A stretch of DNA of 53,615 bases from a virus (Duplodnaviria; Caudoviricetes), in IMG/VR virus record IMGVR_UViG_3300006802_000123, positions 1 through 53,615 of that record; one strand, given 5' to 3'. Shown piece by piece: positions 17,901-31,100 of this stretch. The position numbers and the translations under genes were made by a program. The stretch's first letter is position 1, and each line of letters starts with the position of its first letter. The notes below the pieces were generated by a model. The model was given only the letters and a program-made list of their open reading frames with translations, was not told where the DNA came from and did not search any database.

Positions 17901-18033
17901 ATCTGATAAGGTGTTTAGTATAGAAGAAGCAGAAGCAGCATTCAATGAAGCAGAAAGGAATTATCCACCCGGTGATCCTAGAATAGTTGCGGCATATCAA
18001 GCGTATGTAGACGCAGTATACGCTAGCCTATAA
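14950..18033 (+). CDS. Central spike protein (T4 gp5/VgrG-like) with long C-terminal extension
   Basis: OB-fold motifs DPLRMGRMQV and PPDIGTKVICIF; beta-helix start GHSFIMDDG and GHQILMSD; RVPAHYPW followed by ~560 further residues. Confidence 0.8.
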   Translation: MAENTTKIKGPLKSDTPAAGGATSKPYPIIGTVKNNIDPLRMGRMQVYLDYGTGTDPDDATQWRTVRWAMPYYGVTRPQASDDNWGDFVANPTSYGMWYSPPDIGTKVICIFIQGKDDYGYVIAAIPDPETLHMIPAIGASDNVVLNGGEASSYGGATRLPVTNLNIQNTGLSEGLNFLNEAKPVHSYSAMAMHQQGILRDPVRGAIGCSANRESPSRVGFGVSTPGRPIYEGGYDDAAIASAANPDTPPENLRVIARRGGHSFIMDDGDIIGRDCVIRLRTALGHQILMSDDGQVISILASNGQAYIELGKEGTVDIFATNSINLRTQGDLNFHADRNINFHAVEDINMKTGKNLNIDTEKKFSHRIGKDSQVSTGGKHTHKVSNACSFESGGDISLASVAIAYVNGSKVNLNSGATSTIPLEVDPIPLLAHTDTLWDQSVGWAAVPGYLLSVANRVPAHYPWANAGQGVDAKVDSDAASNLPAAPTSAASAVNQAAGLDPPIPTSVAAGAAMPAVGGASAALDQNTTSNMLGAVATTVANGPAAAATQTGSAIVDGTAFIGQFGQTPEQMELGGYLKPGSSTLVNSLVESGSNAFASMTNNLFTGKDGVNSLQQFIDNIDTQASSMVKNFQASQNYFTAAGVMTGKEHPTQIAGIIQAGVTQGLENTLNTVINGSGAAATLKEIASGNFAATLAENVTSGKASISAALNLAQQPPSLESLSATAKGIAASAFAQVTAGFKPFEAGVPQNLKEIAKQARESVQGIDIGDALVGAATSSLSSAIATGVNNLIGGQSTVNNIVNQSQSAINDLASDVNNLINSNNDLSGNQLNNLNNLSDSLDSAVGSLNNTLNNLGSSLMDEASNLLNNAIETELNEQFNNLVDSISGGISSGLSQLGLSNSAATELMSAISALGSGGSASIKLPSVGTNTFNRAGLTAAISNVLGNPKIPMPNFAGEVAGAAVSAAEGLIENLKSKIDENQQKSDKVFSIEEAEAAFNEAERNYPPGDPRIVAAYQAYVDAVYASL

Positions 18034-18051
18034 AGTAGACTATTTTTAACT

Positions 18052-18059
18052 GATAAATA
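18052..18059 (+). promoter_or_regulatory. Late promoter GATAAATA, 5 nt before the ATG of gp25
   Basis: Motif ends at 18059, ATG at 18065, no Shine-Dalgarno. Confidence 0.7.
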
Positions 18060-18064
18060 ATATT

Positions 18065-18700
18065 ATGGCAACATATATAGGATTTTCCACTCAGTTTTCT
18101 TGCCCACCTATAAGTTCAGAAGAGGGTCTTTCCGGTGTAGGAACAGGTAATGTAACTTCGGGTTATGTTAGTACTTTTACTACTATATCACCACGAAATT
18201 CTAACTTAACTACAGGTACTACTACAGGTACTATGGCCACTGGAATCAGCACAGGCACATATAGCATAACAAAGAGTTCTAGACCTAAAACAACTGATGC
18301 TAGACCAGGATATGCAGGTGCTCCCGGAACAATACTTCAACCAGTAGTTCCCGGTAAAAAATTTAGAATAGTTGACGAAAAACTGGTGTTATTAGATTTA
18401 ATAAATGCATTGAATATCAGGGAAGGTGAAAAAGTAGGTAATCCGGGCTATGGTTGCAGGATATGGAACATAGTATTTGAACCAAACGATTTAGAATCTA
18501 GGAAATTGTTAGAAACTGAGATAAGAAGAGTAGCTTCTCAAGATAAAAGAATTATTATAAATAACACTACTACTTATTACGCACAGAACGGTGTTTTAGT
18601 AGAATTAGAGATATCCGTAACTCCCTTCAATAATGTATTCAATTCTAGAATAGCATTTGACGTAGAAGACGGCAGAGCGACATTTGCCTCTTTAGCTTAA
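18065..18700 (+). CDS. gp25: Baseplate wedge / sheath initiator (gp25-like)
   Basis: REGEKVGNPGYGCRIWNIVFEP...DKRI is the gp25/GPW signature; precedes gp6. Confidence 0.88.
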   Translation: MATYIGFSTQFSCPPISSEEGLSGVGTGNVTSGYVSTFTTISPRNSNLTTGTTTGTMATGISTGTYSITKSSRPKTTDARPGYAGAPGTILQPVVPGKKFRIVDEKLVLLDLINALNIREGEKVGNPGYGCRIWNIVFEPNDLESRKLLETEIRRVASQDKRIIINNTTTYYAQNGVLVELEISVTPFNNVFNSRIAFDVEDGRATFASLA

Positions 18701-18720
18701 AAAGTAGCATTTTTACCTTT

Positions 18721-18728
18721 GATAAATA
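18721..18728 (+). promoter_or_regulatory. Late promoter GATAAATA for gp6/gp7
   Basis: Intergenic copy of the recurring octamer. Confidence 0.7.
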
Positions 18729-18749
18729 ATTAATTAGCAGAGATAAGAT

Positions 18750-21700
18750 ATGGCTACAAGTTCTAGACAAGCAGCACTATTTGGTATAAATGACTGGAAA
18801 GCAATTTATCAGACTTTTCGTGAGGCTGATTTCCGCAGTTACGATTATGAAACTCTCAGAAAGAGTTTTATAGACTATTTGAAAATTTATTACCCAGAAA
18901 CTTATAACGATTATATTGAAAGTTCAGAATTTATTGCTTTACTAGACGTAATAGCATTCATGGGTCAAGGTCTAGCATTTAGAAATGACTTGAATGCTAG
19001 AGAAAATTTTATAGATACTGCTGAACGCAGAGATTCAGTAATCAAATTAGCGAATCTAGTTGGATATACCCCAAAACGCAACTTAGCGGGACAGGGTTAT
19101 TTAAAGATCAACAGCATTAGAACCACTCAGAGTATTACTGATCTTAACGGTTTTAATCTGAGCAATTCTACTATATTATGGAACGATCCTGCAAATCCAA
19201 ATTGGCTAGAGCAATTCAACACTATATTAAATGCTACATTGATCGACAGTCAAAGAATAGGCAGACCCGGAAATACCACAGAAATTTTAAATGTCATTAC
19301 TAGCGAATACTCTATGAGAATTCCTAATAATACAATACCTACTGCTCCATTTAAAACAGACATTGATGGAGTTTCTACTAGTTTTGAGTTAGTTAGTGTT
19401 TCTACTGTAGGAACTAATTCTGTATATGAATTACCCCCAGCACCTAGCGGCAGATTTAATTTTTTGTTTAGAAATGATCGTCTTGGATTTGGTAGTCCTA
19501 ACAATGGATACTTTTTCTATTTTAAACAGGGCACATTAAGAACTTCAGAATTTTCTATTCGTCAATTAGTGTCTAATCAAGTAGTACCTATAGATATAGA
19601 GGGTATCAATAATACTGATACTTGGTTATATCAAGTCAACTCTGACAATACTTTAGATTTATGGCAGCAAGTAGAAAACATATATGCAGACGCATATCTA
19701 CAACAAGAAGCCTCTCAGAGAAAAATATTTTCTGTAAATTCTCGCTTCAACGATCAAGTAAGTTATATATTTGGTGACGGAGTATTTTCTAAAATTCCTA
19801 TAGGTAATTTTAGAGCATATCTAAGACAAACAAATGCCGAAACATATACCATTGATCCACTAGAAATGCAAGGTGTTACTGTATCATTTAATTATGTTTC
19901 TAGAGTAGGAAGAGTAGAACAGTTGTTAGTAGGTCTTGAACTTCAAGTACCGGTTTCTAATGCTCAAGCAAGAGAGTCATTAAGCGACATCAAATTAAGA
20001 GCACCTACTAGATTCTATACTCAAAACAGAATGGTTAATGGTGAAGACTACAACAATTTCCCATATACATATTATAGTTCTATTATAAAGAGTAAAGCAA
20101 TTAACCGTTCCTCGGTGGGTGTTTCTAAAAATCTTGATTTACTAGATGCTACTAAGAAGTATTCTAGCACCAACTCATTTGGTGACGACGGTGCATTATA
20201 TCAAGAAGAAAATGAAGGGTATCTAAAACTATCAATCACTAATACTAGTGATATTATTTCTTTCTTAACTTCTACACTATCATCTGCTTTAGCAAGTAAT
20301 GATACTAATCAGTATTATATCGTTAATTCAGGTGATCAGCCAACTGATTTTTATAAGAGATTTAACATCAACGAAGCATCAGGTGATGGTACTGTATATT
20401 GGCAATCAAGTATAGTAGATGCTAATACAAGCAATGGTTATTTTTATAATATAGATAGTTTGAATACAGTTCCTGTATTTTTAGGAACATATTCTTCAAC
20501 TAATCTGAAATATGTGACTATAGGAGCATTAGTAAAGTTTGTGGCTCCTGCAGGTTATTACTTTGATAACAATAATAGATTGATAGCAGGCATTCCTTCT
20601 GCTTCAGATAAAACACATTTATGGACAACAATTCTAAATGTCATAGCAGATGGTAGCAATAATGCGAAAGGTAATTTTCCTAACGGCAACGGTCCTGTAA
20701 CTATTAATGGTTATATACCAGCTGGTGCGATATTAACACAAGTAATACCAGTATTTGATAATTCTTTATCACCAGAAATTATTCAAGAATGCTTGATCAA
20801 TATAGAATTAGCAAAAGATTTCTTGTTGATTTTTGATAATACTTTAACTATTGATAAAGAAAGATGGTCTCTAGACGTTGACATGAGTAACACAAATTAT
20901 TTTGTGAAATTCATAGCCAACGCAGTTAATGAGTATACTGTAACTTACAAATCCTTAAAGTATTATTTTGGTAGTGTTAGTGACACTAGATTTACATTCG
21001 CAAAAGATGAACTTGTATATGATCCTTTCTCAGGTAAATTACTACAAGATTTCGTAAATGTATTATCTACTAATGTAGCACCTGATTCTACTTACGCATT
21101 AGGTAAAGATTACAGAGTAAATATCATAGGACAAACTTTAGAATCAGATGGTTATGCTAACGACTATCAAGTAGAAGTATCGTCAACTGATACTAACAAT
21201 AATCAAGTTTTTGTCAACCCAGACTTTTTTGAAGAATTAACTGGTGTTGAAGTAGGTAGCAGCAACATAGGTAAATATGTTTTCTTTGAATTAATTGAAG
21301 ATGCAGTAAATCTATCAAGATATCAAATAGTTCCTTCTGCTGACATTGTTTATACATATCCAACAGAAGCACTAGTAGAAGTAAACAAGTATGAATATCC
21401 ATTAGGAACTGTCTTTTACGCATACAATGAAATAGTAGTTGACAGCGAAAGAAACGGAGTATTTTATAAAACAGTTCAAGACCCAACTATTACTAGCCCA
21501 TTTTATATTTTAGTAGAGCAACCTCAATATACAGTAAAATCAGGCAGACAAGGATTTAGATATCAGTATCGTCATAATTCTAACAATACTACTAGGATAG
21601 ATCCTGCTACTACCAACATTATAGATTTGTATCTAGTTACTCAATCATATTATACAGCATATGAAAACTGGATCAAAGACACCACTGGTACTTTAGTAGA

Positions 21701-22169
21701 ACCAGATGCTCCTACTATCGCAGAACTAAACATTGAGTACAGCAAGTTGCAAGATTACAAAATGATCAGCGATAGCGTTATATTAAATAGTGTAGTGTTT
21801 AAACCTTTATTTGGTCCTAAGGCTGATCCTGCTTTAAGGGGAACAATAAAAGTAATTAAAGATTCAACAACAGGTGCTAGTAACAGCGAGATTAAAAGTG
21901 CGGTATTATCAACTATGAATGAATACTTTAGCGTAAACAACTGGGACTTTGGGGATACATTTTATTTCTCTGAATTAAGTGCTTACTTGCACGAACAATT
22001 AGGAGAGTTAATTAATTCTGCGGTATTAGTACCAGCAGACCCAACGAAACCATTTGGAGATTTGTATGAGATAAAGTGTGCTCCATATGAGATATTTGTG
22101 AATGGTGCTACAGCAGATGACATTCAAGTTATCGCTGCGTTGACCCCGGATCAGTTACAGGTTAGATAA
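18750..22169 (+). CDS. gp6: Baseplate wedge subunit (T4 gp6-like)
   Basis: [59 protein letters not shown]. Confidence 0.88.
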   Translation: MATSSRQAALFGINDWKAIYQTFREADFRSYDYETLRKSFIDYLKIYYPETYNDYIESSEFIALLDVIAFMGQGLAFRNDLNARENFIDTAERRDSVIKLANLVGYTPKRNLAGQGYLKINSIRTTQSITDLNGFNLSNSTILWNDPANPNWLEQFNTILNATLIDSQRIGRPGNTTEILNVITSEYSMRIPNNTIPTAPFKTDIDGVSTSFELVSVSTVGTNSVYELPPAPSGRFNFLFRNDRLGFGSPNNGYFFYFKQGTLRTSEFSIRQLVSNQVVPIDIEGINNTDTWLYQVNSDNTLDLWQQVENIYADAYLQQEASQRKIFSVNSRFNDQVSYIFGDGVFSKIPIGNFRAYLRQTNAETYTIDPLEMQGVTVSFNYVSRVGRVEQLLVGLELQVPVSNAQARESLSDIKLRAPTRFYTQNRMVNGEDYNNFPYTYYSSIIKSKAINRSSVGVSKNLDLLDATKKYSSTNSFGDDGALYQEENEGYLKLSITNTSDIISFLTSTLSSALASNDTNQYYIVNSGDQPTDFYKRFNINEASGDGTVYWQSSIVDANTSNGYFYNIDSLNTVPVFLGTYSSTNLKYVTIGALVKFVAPAGYYFDNNNRLIAGIPSASDKTHLWTTILNVIADGSNNAKGNFPNGNGPVTINGYIPAGAILTQVIPVFDNSLSPEIIQECLINIELAKDFLLIFDNTLTIDKERWSLDVDMSNTNYFVKFIANAVNEYTVTYKSLKYYFGSVSDTRFTFAKDELVYDPFSGKLLQDFVNVLSTNVAPDSTYALGKDYRVNIIGQTLESDGYANDYQVEVSSTDTNNNQVFVNPDFFEELTGVEVGSSNIGKYVFFELIEDAVNLSRYQIVPSADIVYTYPTEALVEVNKYEYPLGTVFYAYNEIVVDSERNGVFYKTVQDPTITSPFYILVEQPQYTVKSGRQGFRYQYRHNSNNTTRIDPATTNIIDLYLVTQSYYTAYENWIKDTTGTLVEPDAPTIAELNIEYSKLQDYKMISDSVILNSVVFKPLFGPKADPALRGTIKVIKDSTTGASNSEIKSAVLSTMNEYFSVNNWDFGDTFYFSELSAYLHEQLGELINSAVLVPADPTKPFGDLYEIKCAPYEIFVNGATADDIQVIAALTPDQLQVR

Positions 22170-22171
22170 AA

Positions 22172-25100
22172 ATGGCTAGAATTAGAACACTTAACTTCTT
22201 ACCAGAAATATTTCAAACATCGCCCAACCAGCAAATACTTACTGCTTCGCTAGATCAGTTAGTTAATCCTCCGCAACTATTAAAAGTTCAGGGCTACGTT
22301 GGTAGTAAGATCGGGTATGGAGTAGACGCTAATGATTACTATGTACCTGAACCTACTAAAGTAAGACAAGACTATCAATTAAGTCCTGGAGTAGTATTCA
22401 CCCGTCCAGATCAGTCAGCAGCACAAGATTTCTTAACTTATCCCGGTTTGTTAGACGGGCTAGAGTTAGCAGGTAGCGTTGTAGATAATAATAACAATTT
22501 ATTTGAATCAGAAATTTATTCTTGGGATTCTTTTACTGAATTAGACAAGTTAATTAATTATCACCAGTACTACTGGATACCTGAAGGTCCCCCAGCAGTA
22601 ACTGTAGCAAGCGCAGTAGTGTATGCTATCAACAACTACGTAGTAACAGATTTAGCCAATGGTTATAACATAAGAGCTGTAGGATCAGGATCAGGCGCGA
22701 TTAATCCAACCCTTACTTTATTAAGGGGAGGCACATATACTTTCGCAGTTAATCAAGATAGTCCATTCTGGATTCAAGGTGAACCGGGAGTAAGTGGAAC
22801 TAGCCTGAGTAATCCAAATTTAAATGTACGAGAAATATTTGGGGTATCAAATAATGGTGCTTCATCAGGCGTTGTAACATTTTCTGTACCACCAGCAAAC
22901 GCTCAAGACGCATTTTTATTACCGGGTAACAGTACAGTAGACATCGTGTCTACTAAACCATTCAGCGAAATTAATGGCAAGAAATTATCTGAGATAGTAA
23001 GTATTGATGGGGTAAATCAACTTCTAGGCAAAACTGTATTGTTTTACAATACTGGCTCTCCTGACGAAGTTGGATATGTATCTTCTTATAATGATGAAGT
23101 TAATTATGATGTTAACAATCCTATCTTTGATGATCCTTCTACAGAAATTCAAATAGCAGCCTCTGCACCTAACTTCTTTACTATGGCTTCAGGTAGTACT
23201 TCGTTATTTGCTGTCAATGATACTATAGTATTTTCTGGTGGATTGGGTGGGGTAGTACCTGATCAGGTTTATTACATAAAAGAAATACTAAGCGGATCTA
23301 CATTTACTATTAGTCAAACTTTAGGTGGACCAGAAGTAACTTTATCTACAGAAATTACATCTACTACTGCTTATATCAACATAGGTTTTTATGAAGAAGG
23401 CTATTACACGAACGTAAATGACAATTTTTATACCATAACATATGTAGGCAGCGATCCTGTGTTAAGATTAGTGCCTAGTGGCTCTATACCTACTATGGAA
23501 AAAATTACTGCACAGTTAGGACAAAACTATCAAGGAGTAGGGTTTTATAAAGATATTTTTGGTGTAATACAAAGAATTCCCTATATATCAGCACCATTAG
23601 AAACTTTGTACTATCAAGACGGTGACAGCCCAAACAAAGTTGGCTTGATAAAAATTGTTGATAACAATCTTTTCAATGAATTAGATGTTGAAAGAGACAT
23701 ATTAGGAAAGAAAAATTTCACTTCTACTAATGGAATCACATTTACTAATGGATTAAAAGTAAGATTTGATGGTGACGTAGTACCTAGAAAATATTTGACA
23801 GATGAATATTACGTAGAAGGTGTCGGTACTGCGATAGAATTAATACCTGTTTCTGAATTGGTAGTACCAGAAGATTATGCTAATGATATTGATGTACCCT
23901 GGGATTCTACTAATTATGATATGGCTCCTTACGACAGCGCATTATCAGTTCCCGAATATCCAGATTACATGACTGTGGCTAGAAATGCTTTAAGCAGAAA
24001 TCCATGGTCTAGAAGCAATCGCTGGTTCCATATAGAAGTTATAGAGGCTACGGCTACTTATAATAATGATCCTTCTATATTATCAAGATTTACTTCTGGT
24101 AGTAGTAAAGCCAAGAGACCCATCATTGAATTTTATCCAAACTTGAAATTATTTGAGTCAGGTACTCTAGGCAAGAAACCAATAGACTTTATTGATCACA
24201 GAGCAACTGACGCTTTATCCGATGTAGCAGGATTATATAATTATTATCCTGACGTAGAAGTTTATACTGATTTTTCTGCAACTATTAATAGCGCAGGTGC
24301 TAATTTTATTGGAACGATTGTTACTACTACACTAACTGTGTCGTCATTAACGTCAGGCGAGATTGTACCTGGATCATACATATATGGATTCAACATTCCA
24401 CAAAACATGAAAATAGTTTCACAACTAACAGGAACACCAGGTGGAGTTGGTACTTATGAAGTTAGTATCGGATATACTAGTTTACCCAATATTGAAATAG
24501 AATCAAGAATTAATACAGCAACAATAACGATAGACAGCGATCAAGTAACTGGTAAATTCTTAGTAGGACAATATGTTAATGATTTAACGGGAATACTACC
24601 TAGTGATACGCAGATATCTGAGATATCAGGTGATACTACTTTAACTCTTACTTTAGTATTTGATGATTATCTAAGAATACTAGAGACTACAGATCAATCA
24701 CTAGTAGCAAATCGTAAACCAAACGAAACATACAAGTTGTTTGATGGAGCAAGAATTGTATTTGCTGGTGATAATGATCCTGAAATAAGATCAAAAGTAT
24801 TTACAGCAGACTTGTCTACGATAACACCGGGGTCAAGACCTATATTAACATTTAGTGAGACTTTCGACAGTCCCGCACTATTTGACGAACAAACAATAGT
24901 ATTAAGAGGTTACAATAACAAAGGTAAGAGTTATCTTTATGATGGCTTAGATTGGCAAGCGGGACAACAAAAAACTGATGTAAATCAACCTCCCCTGTTT
25001 GACATTTTTGATTACAACGGGGTGAGTTTCAGCGACACTTCAGTTTATCTAGGTACATCTTTCAGGGGAACAAAATTATTTGCATATGGTATAGGTTCGG

Positions 25101-28100
25101 GACCAGACGATCCTATATTAGATTTCCCATTAAAGTATAGCAGCGTTAACAACATAGGTGATATCAGTTTCGACGTATCTTTAAATTCTGATACGTTCGA
25201 TTATGTTTCTACTGGTTCTCCGGTAACGCTAAAAATTAATTCAGGATTTGTTCATGATTACGAATCTAGAACAGAGTACAATAGAGAATTAGGTTGGAAG
25301 AAAGCAATCGCTAAAAGCGCACAATATCAAGTATTTGAATTTAATTATGTCCCAGATCAAGGTACTAACACTTATACATGTGATATCAAAGCAATTGAAG
25401 AAGATCCAGATGTACCACACTGGCCTTCAGTAAAATTATTTGTCAACAATAGTTTGCAGTTTCCTGCTAATTACACATACACTACTACAGAAGATACAAC
25501 AACCATACATTTTGACTATAATGGTTTAGAAGAAACTAAGATTCAAGTACTAGTTTTGAGCGATCAAGTAAGTCAAGTAGGTTATTATGATTTACCTGTA
25601 AATCTAACCAATAATCCTTTCAACGACGATCTAGAAGTTATAAACATAGGTGATATTAGAAGACAGTATGCTAACATAGTTGCTAACTATCAGAAAAATA
25701 TTGATGTTATATTTGGTCCAAATAGTTTTAGAGATCAAGGAAATCTAGTTCCTTACAATAACATTGTTATACAAAATAGCGCATCTTTAGTACTACCTTC
25801 AGTATTTCTCAGAAAGAGAAATCATGATTTGTTTAATTCTATTTTGTATAACAGCAGAGAGTATGTAAAGTTTAAGAATCTATTATTAGATACAGTAGAC
25901 AAAACAGATTTTGCACAGAACTACGATCCATCGTATGTTCTAGATACTGCTATTGACATTATTTCTAGTTCACGTTCTCAAGAGCAACCTTTCTTCTGGA
26001 GCGACATGATACCATCACAGTCGCCATACTTGACTAATACTTATAACTTTAAAAACTCATTAGATGCTACTATATTTCCACTTGTTAAAGTATATGATTT
26101 TAGCAAAGCAAATTACAGCAGCGTATTGCTCTACTTACTAAGAAATGGTTTCACTTACCAATTAGTAAGAGATCAAGATTACACTATAAGTACCGATGCT
26201 CCTTCAGTAATAGTAAATGTAGGATTACAAGAAGGAGATCAGATAATTGTTAGAGAGTACAATCAGACTTATGGCAGTTATGTCCCAAATACACCAACTA
26301 AGTTAGGAATATATCCTGCATACAAACCAGAAGTAGTATTAGATGAACATTACATTGACCCCACTTGGTTCATAAAAGGTCACGATGGTTCATATAATAG
26401 ATTGTATGGAGACTATGATCAAGTTAATAACGTGTTAGTAGACTTCAGAGATCAAGTATTGTTTGAGTTTGAGATGCGAGTATACAACAATCTCAAATTA
26501 TCTACAGTACCTCCTATAATGCCTTATGATGTATTACCCGGATTCTTTAGACAAGAAACTGCGAAAGATTATGCTAAATTTTTAGAATCATATAGCACTC
26601 AATTCTTGTCTTGGATAGGTGAGAATAGATTAGATTATCAACGTCAGTATTATCAAATTAATGAGCCACTAACTTATAATTATAGGGGTAATACTAACAA
26701 GATAGATCAGCAACCTATACCAATGGGTTATTGGAGAGGTATTTACAATTACTTCTATGATACATATAATCCAGACACTACACCTTGGGAAATGATTGGA
26801 CTAACCCAGAAACCAGATTGGTGGGAAGATAGATACGGAGTAGCCCCATATACTAGCGACAACTTAGTGCTATGGAATGATCTAGCCAATGGTATTAATT
26901 GGAATAATGGCGACCCTATAGTAATAGAAAAATTAAAAAGACCCGGGTTATTAGACATTATTCCTGTAGATGAACAGGGTAACTTAAAAGAACCAATACA
27001 AACTTTAATCTCTTTCTACAATTCTAACACAGTACAAAGAGAATGGCAAGTAGGAGATATAGGACCTGTAGAATTCTCATATCGTAGAAGTTCTACTTGG
27101 CCGTTTGATGTTACTAGATTATATGCTTTATCAAAGCCAGCAGACTTTTATAACTTGTTTGTTGATCTAGACAACTACCGCTGGAGCGAAGAGTTTCAGC
27201 AGTACTTAGTAGATAATAGATCACATCTAAGACCAGAAGATTTAGAAATATATGGTAACGGTACTGCAAAAACAAGTTACATTAATTGGATCATTGACTT
27301 TGAGAAACAGTTAGGTGTTGATGCTCAGGCTAACATTCAAACTATGCTAGACAATCTAGACATAAGATTGATACATCGTTTAGCAGGCTTTAGCGACAAG
27401 ACTCAATTAAAATATTATGTAGAAAAAGGAACACCTAACAACTTAAATTCATCGTTGTTAATTCCAGATGAGAGTTTCGCTTTACTGTTATATGATAATC
27501 AACCTTCTGATAAAATAGAATATACATCTGTCATTGTACAGATAGTAGCAGATGGTTATCAGATATACGGTAACTCGCAGACTAAAGCATATTTCACGAC
27601 TTTAAAGCCACTAGCAAATAGTGATCAAATAGAAATTACAGTAGAGAATCAAAAAGTAACAGTACAAGTAGATCCTTCTGAAGTTGAAGTAGTTGTACCA
27701 TATGGTAAATTATTTTACACTGTGCAAGAGTTGTCTCAATTCTTGATAAATTACGGTAATTTATTAACTAAGAGAGGACTTGTGTTCAATCAGATTGAAG
27801 ATGGTAAACCAATCGATTGGCAGTATATGGTAGAGCAGTTCTTATATTGGGCACAAACTGGTTGGGATGCAGGATCAATCACTACATTAAATCCAGCAGC
27901 CAACATATTATTCATCAACAAAGAATCTTTGATTCCGCAACCAATGACGTTGAGAGAAACGAACTTTATACTAAATCAAAACTTATATCCTATCTCAACT
28001 AATGATCTTTGCATAGTACGTGATGGAACAGCGTTTAGTGCTTCTTGTTACAACAAGGGTGATGCTATGTCTTTAGCACAGTTTGAGATGTCAAATTTTG

Positions 28101-31100
28101 AACACGGTGTTGTTTTTGATAACGTTACTATATTTGACGATGTTCTTTACAATAGAATAACAGGTCTAAGACAAAACAGAGTATCACTAAATGGAACTAA
28201 GACCGCAGACTGGGACGGAACAGTATTTGCTTCTGGTTTCATATACAATCAAGACAACATAAAAGAATGGAGTAGATACGAGAAGTACACTAAGGGAGCC
28301 ATAGTCAAATATAAGAACAAGTACTGGACATCACTACAAATGGTGCAGCCTAGTGATACATTCTTAGAGAGACAATGGAAGATAACTGAATACAACGAAA
28401 TACAAAAAGGATTATTGCCAAACCCAAGCACTAGGTCTTTTGAGAGTTCATTATATTATAATTCATATGAATCCAATCTTGAACAAGATGGTAATCTATT
28501 AGGCTTCTCGCTAATAGGATTTAGACCAAGAGAATACTTAGAAGTTGCTGATCTTACAGACGTTACTCAGATCAACGTATTCAAAACTATGTTGCAGGGT
28601 AAAGGAACTAATAGTGCTGCTTCTATATTCAAGGGAGCAGAATTACCTCAAGGAAAAATAGATTACAATATCTACGAAAACTGGGCTGTCAAGACTAGTG
28701 AATACGGCGGCGTACTCAATGAGAATTTTGTAGAGTTTAGACTAAACGAAGATTTACTAACAGGCAATCCAGCAACTGTAGCATTAACTAATGGTGTACA
28801 TACACCTGACATGCAGCAGTATGTGCCGATGTACAGTTTATACAATTATGCTAGACCTCCCCAAGGCCCAGATATTTTATCAGTAACAGATTATACCGCA
28901 CCTAAATTATATCCTGATGCAGGTTATGTAAATTTTGAAGATGTTAAGATGTCTGCTTTCTTCTTCTCTCAAATGTCGATTGCTGTAAACACATCAGGTG
29001 AAGTAGTTCCAGTATCGAATTTTTATGTTAGAGACTATGCTTGGTTAGCAGATTATCGCAACAAGTGGCAAGTGTTCACACCAAAATCTATTGGTCAAGT
29101 ATCAGTAGTGAAGTCAAATGTGAATGGAACTTCTACTGTATCATTTGTAGAACCACATAACCTATCTGTAAATGAACCGTTTGTTATCGTTAACTTCGAT
29201 AGTTCAGTTAATGGTTACTATTATGTACAAAAGATATTAGATCAATTCCGCGTAATCATTAACTTAAATCTACGTTCTACTACTAGAGAAATTACAGGAT
29301 TAGGAGTCGCATTAAAGTTAACATCACAACGAGTTGACAAGCCATCTGACATCATTAATTTACCTTTACTAGACAGCGAATTTATTAAGAACACAGTATG
29401 GGTAGATGAGAACGGAGATGGTGGTTGGGGAGTTTACAGAAAGTCTATAAACTATCAATATGAATTAGAAATGACCAAAGAATCCAGTGGAGCATATGGT
29501 TCTGCTGTGGCTACTAATGAAATTTTAGGAATAATGACTACAGACTCACAATTAGGTGAAGCATATAGATATGTTTATAGTCCGCTATTTAAGAATTATA
29601 GATTAGTACAGACATTATCACAAGGTGCAGGATTTGGTACTAGCATTGCTCACAAAGATAATCTAATCTTTATATCAAAACCTGACACCGGAATATATTC
29701 TTACATCATTAACGATTCACAACTTGATGATAGCATGATACCTTATCAAGCAGTTATAACTAACCCCAGTGGAGTTACTAACTTTGGTACGTCAATGGCT
29801 GTGTCAGGTGATAAGAAATGGTTATATGTTTCTGATTATGAAAACAATGAAGTCTATGTGTATAGTCAACAGTCAATTGACTTTGATGCAGGTTATTTAA
29901 CTGTAGGTGAAACTTACGAGATAACTGAATTAGGTGATACTGACTTCACGTTATTAGGCGCAGTAGAAAATAAAGTGGGTATCGTTTTTGTTGCTACAGG
30001 CGCAGGTACTGGTACTGGTAAGACTAAACAAGTTACTTACAAACTATCAACTTCTATAACAATATCTTTACCAGACGGTGACGAGAAATTTGGTTATTCA
30101 ATCGCTACTGATTACAACGGTGACACATTAGTAGTAGGTGCTCCCGAACTAGATTCTGATGATAACTTATTAGAAAAAGTAGGTAAAGCCTACGTATATC
30201 AAAGAAGTTGGCAGCACTTTGAAGCCCAATTTAATCTACCAGTTCAATCGTTCCCTATATCATGGACACCAGATACTACTAATTATACACCAGTATCTGT
30301 AACAAGTAGCGAGATAGAGATCGGCGACAATATAGATGCAGACACCGCAGTAATATTCACTGGCGGTACATATGGTGATACTAGAATCGAACCAAACAAA
30401 GTTTACTATGTTTATGATAATCCTACAGCAACAACTATAAGATTAAAAGAATCTAGAAGCAGCGCAACTTTCTTGACTTTCGAAGATGGTTCTATCACTA
30501 GCGGAACACTAACTTCTCAAGACTCTCCGTTACACGTATATGTAAACGGAAGACTAGTCAATGATAACAATTACGCGGTAGTAGGAACTAATTTTATATA
30601 CACAAGTTCGTTGAGAGCAGGTGACATAATTCAAGTCAACGACAACAAATTCTATCTCATTCAAACACTAACTACTGGAGATCCAGAAAGGATAGGCGTA
30701 CAATTTGGACATAGTGTAGACGTAACTAAATGGGCTTCTGAGATATTAGTAGGTGCTCCATTCGCATTGACAAGCACTAACCAAGAAGGAGCAGTTCACA
30801 GATATACTAACGGTGGCGGTAAGTATGGCATGGTAGTAGGAACTGCACCTGCTCAAATGACTAACACAAGAACTGTGTTGATCAATGGTTATGCTATTAC
30901 TTTACCTAATAACTATACTGCTGATCAGATAGCAAATCTTATCAATACTACTCACGTAACTAATGTTCATGCAATGGCAACTAGTGATGGAAAATTAATT
31001 ATTGAATTGATTGACAAGAACTTATCTATACCTAATGAAAAATTATTGATAACAGGTTATAGCGAAGACTTGTTTGCTGATCTTGGGTTTGATGTTTATA

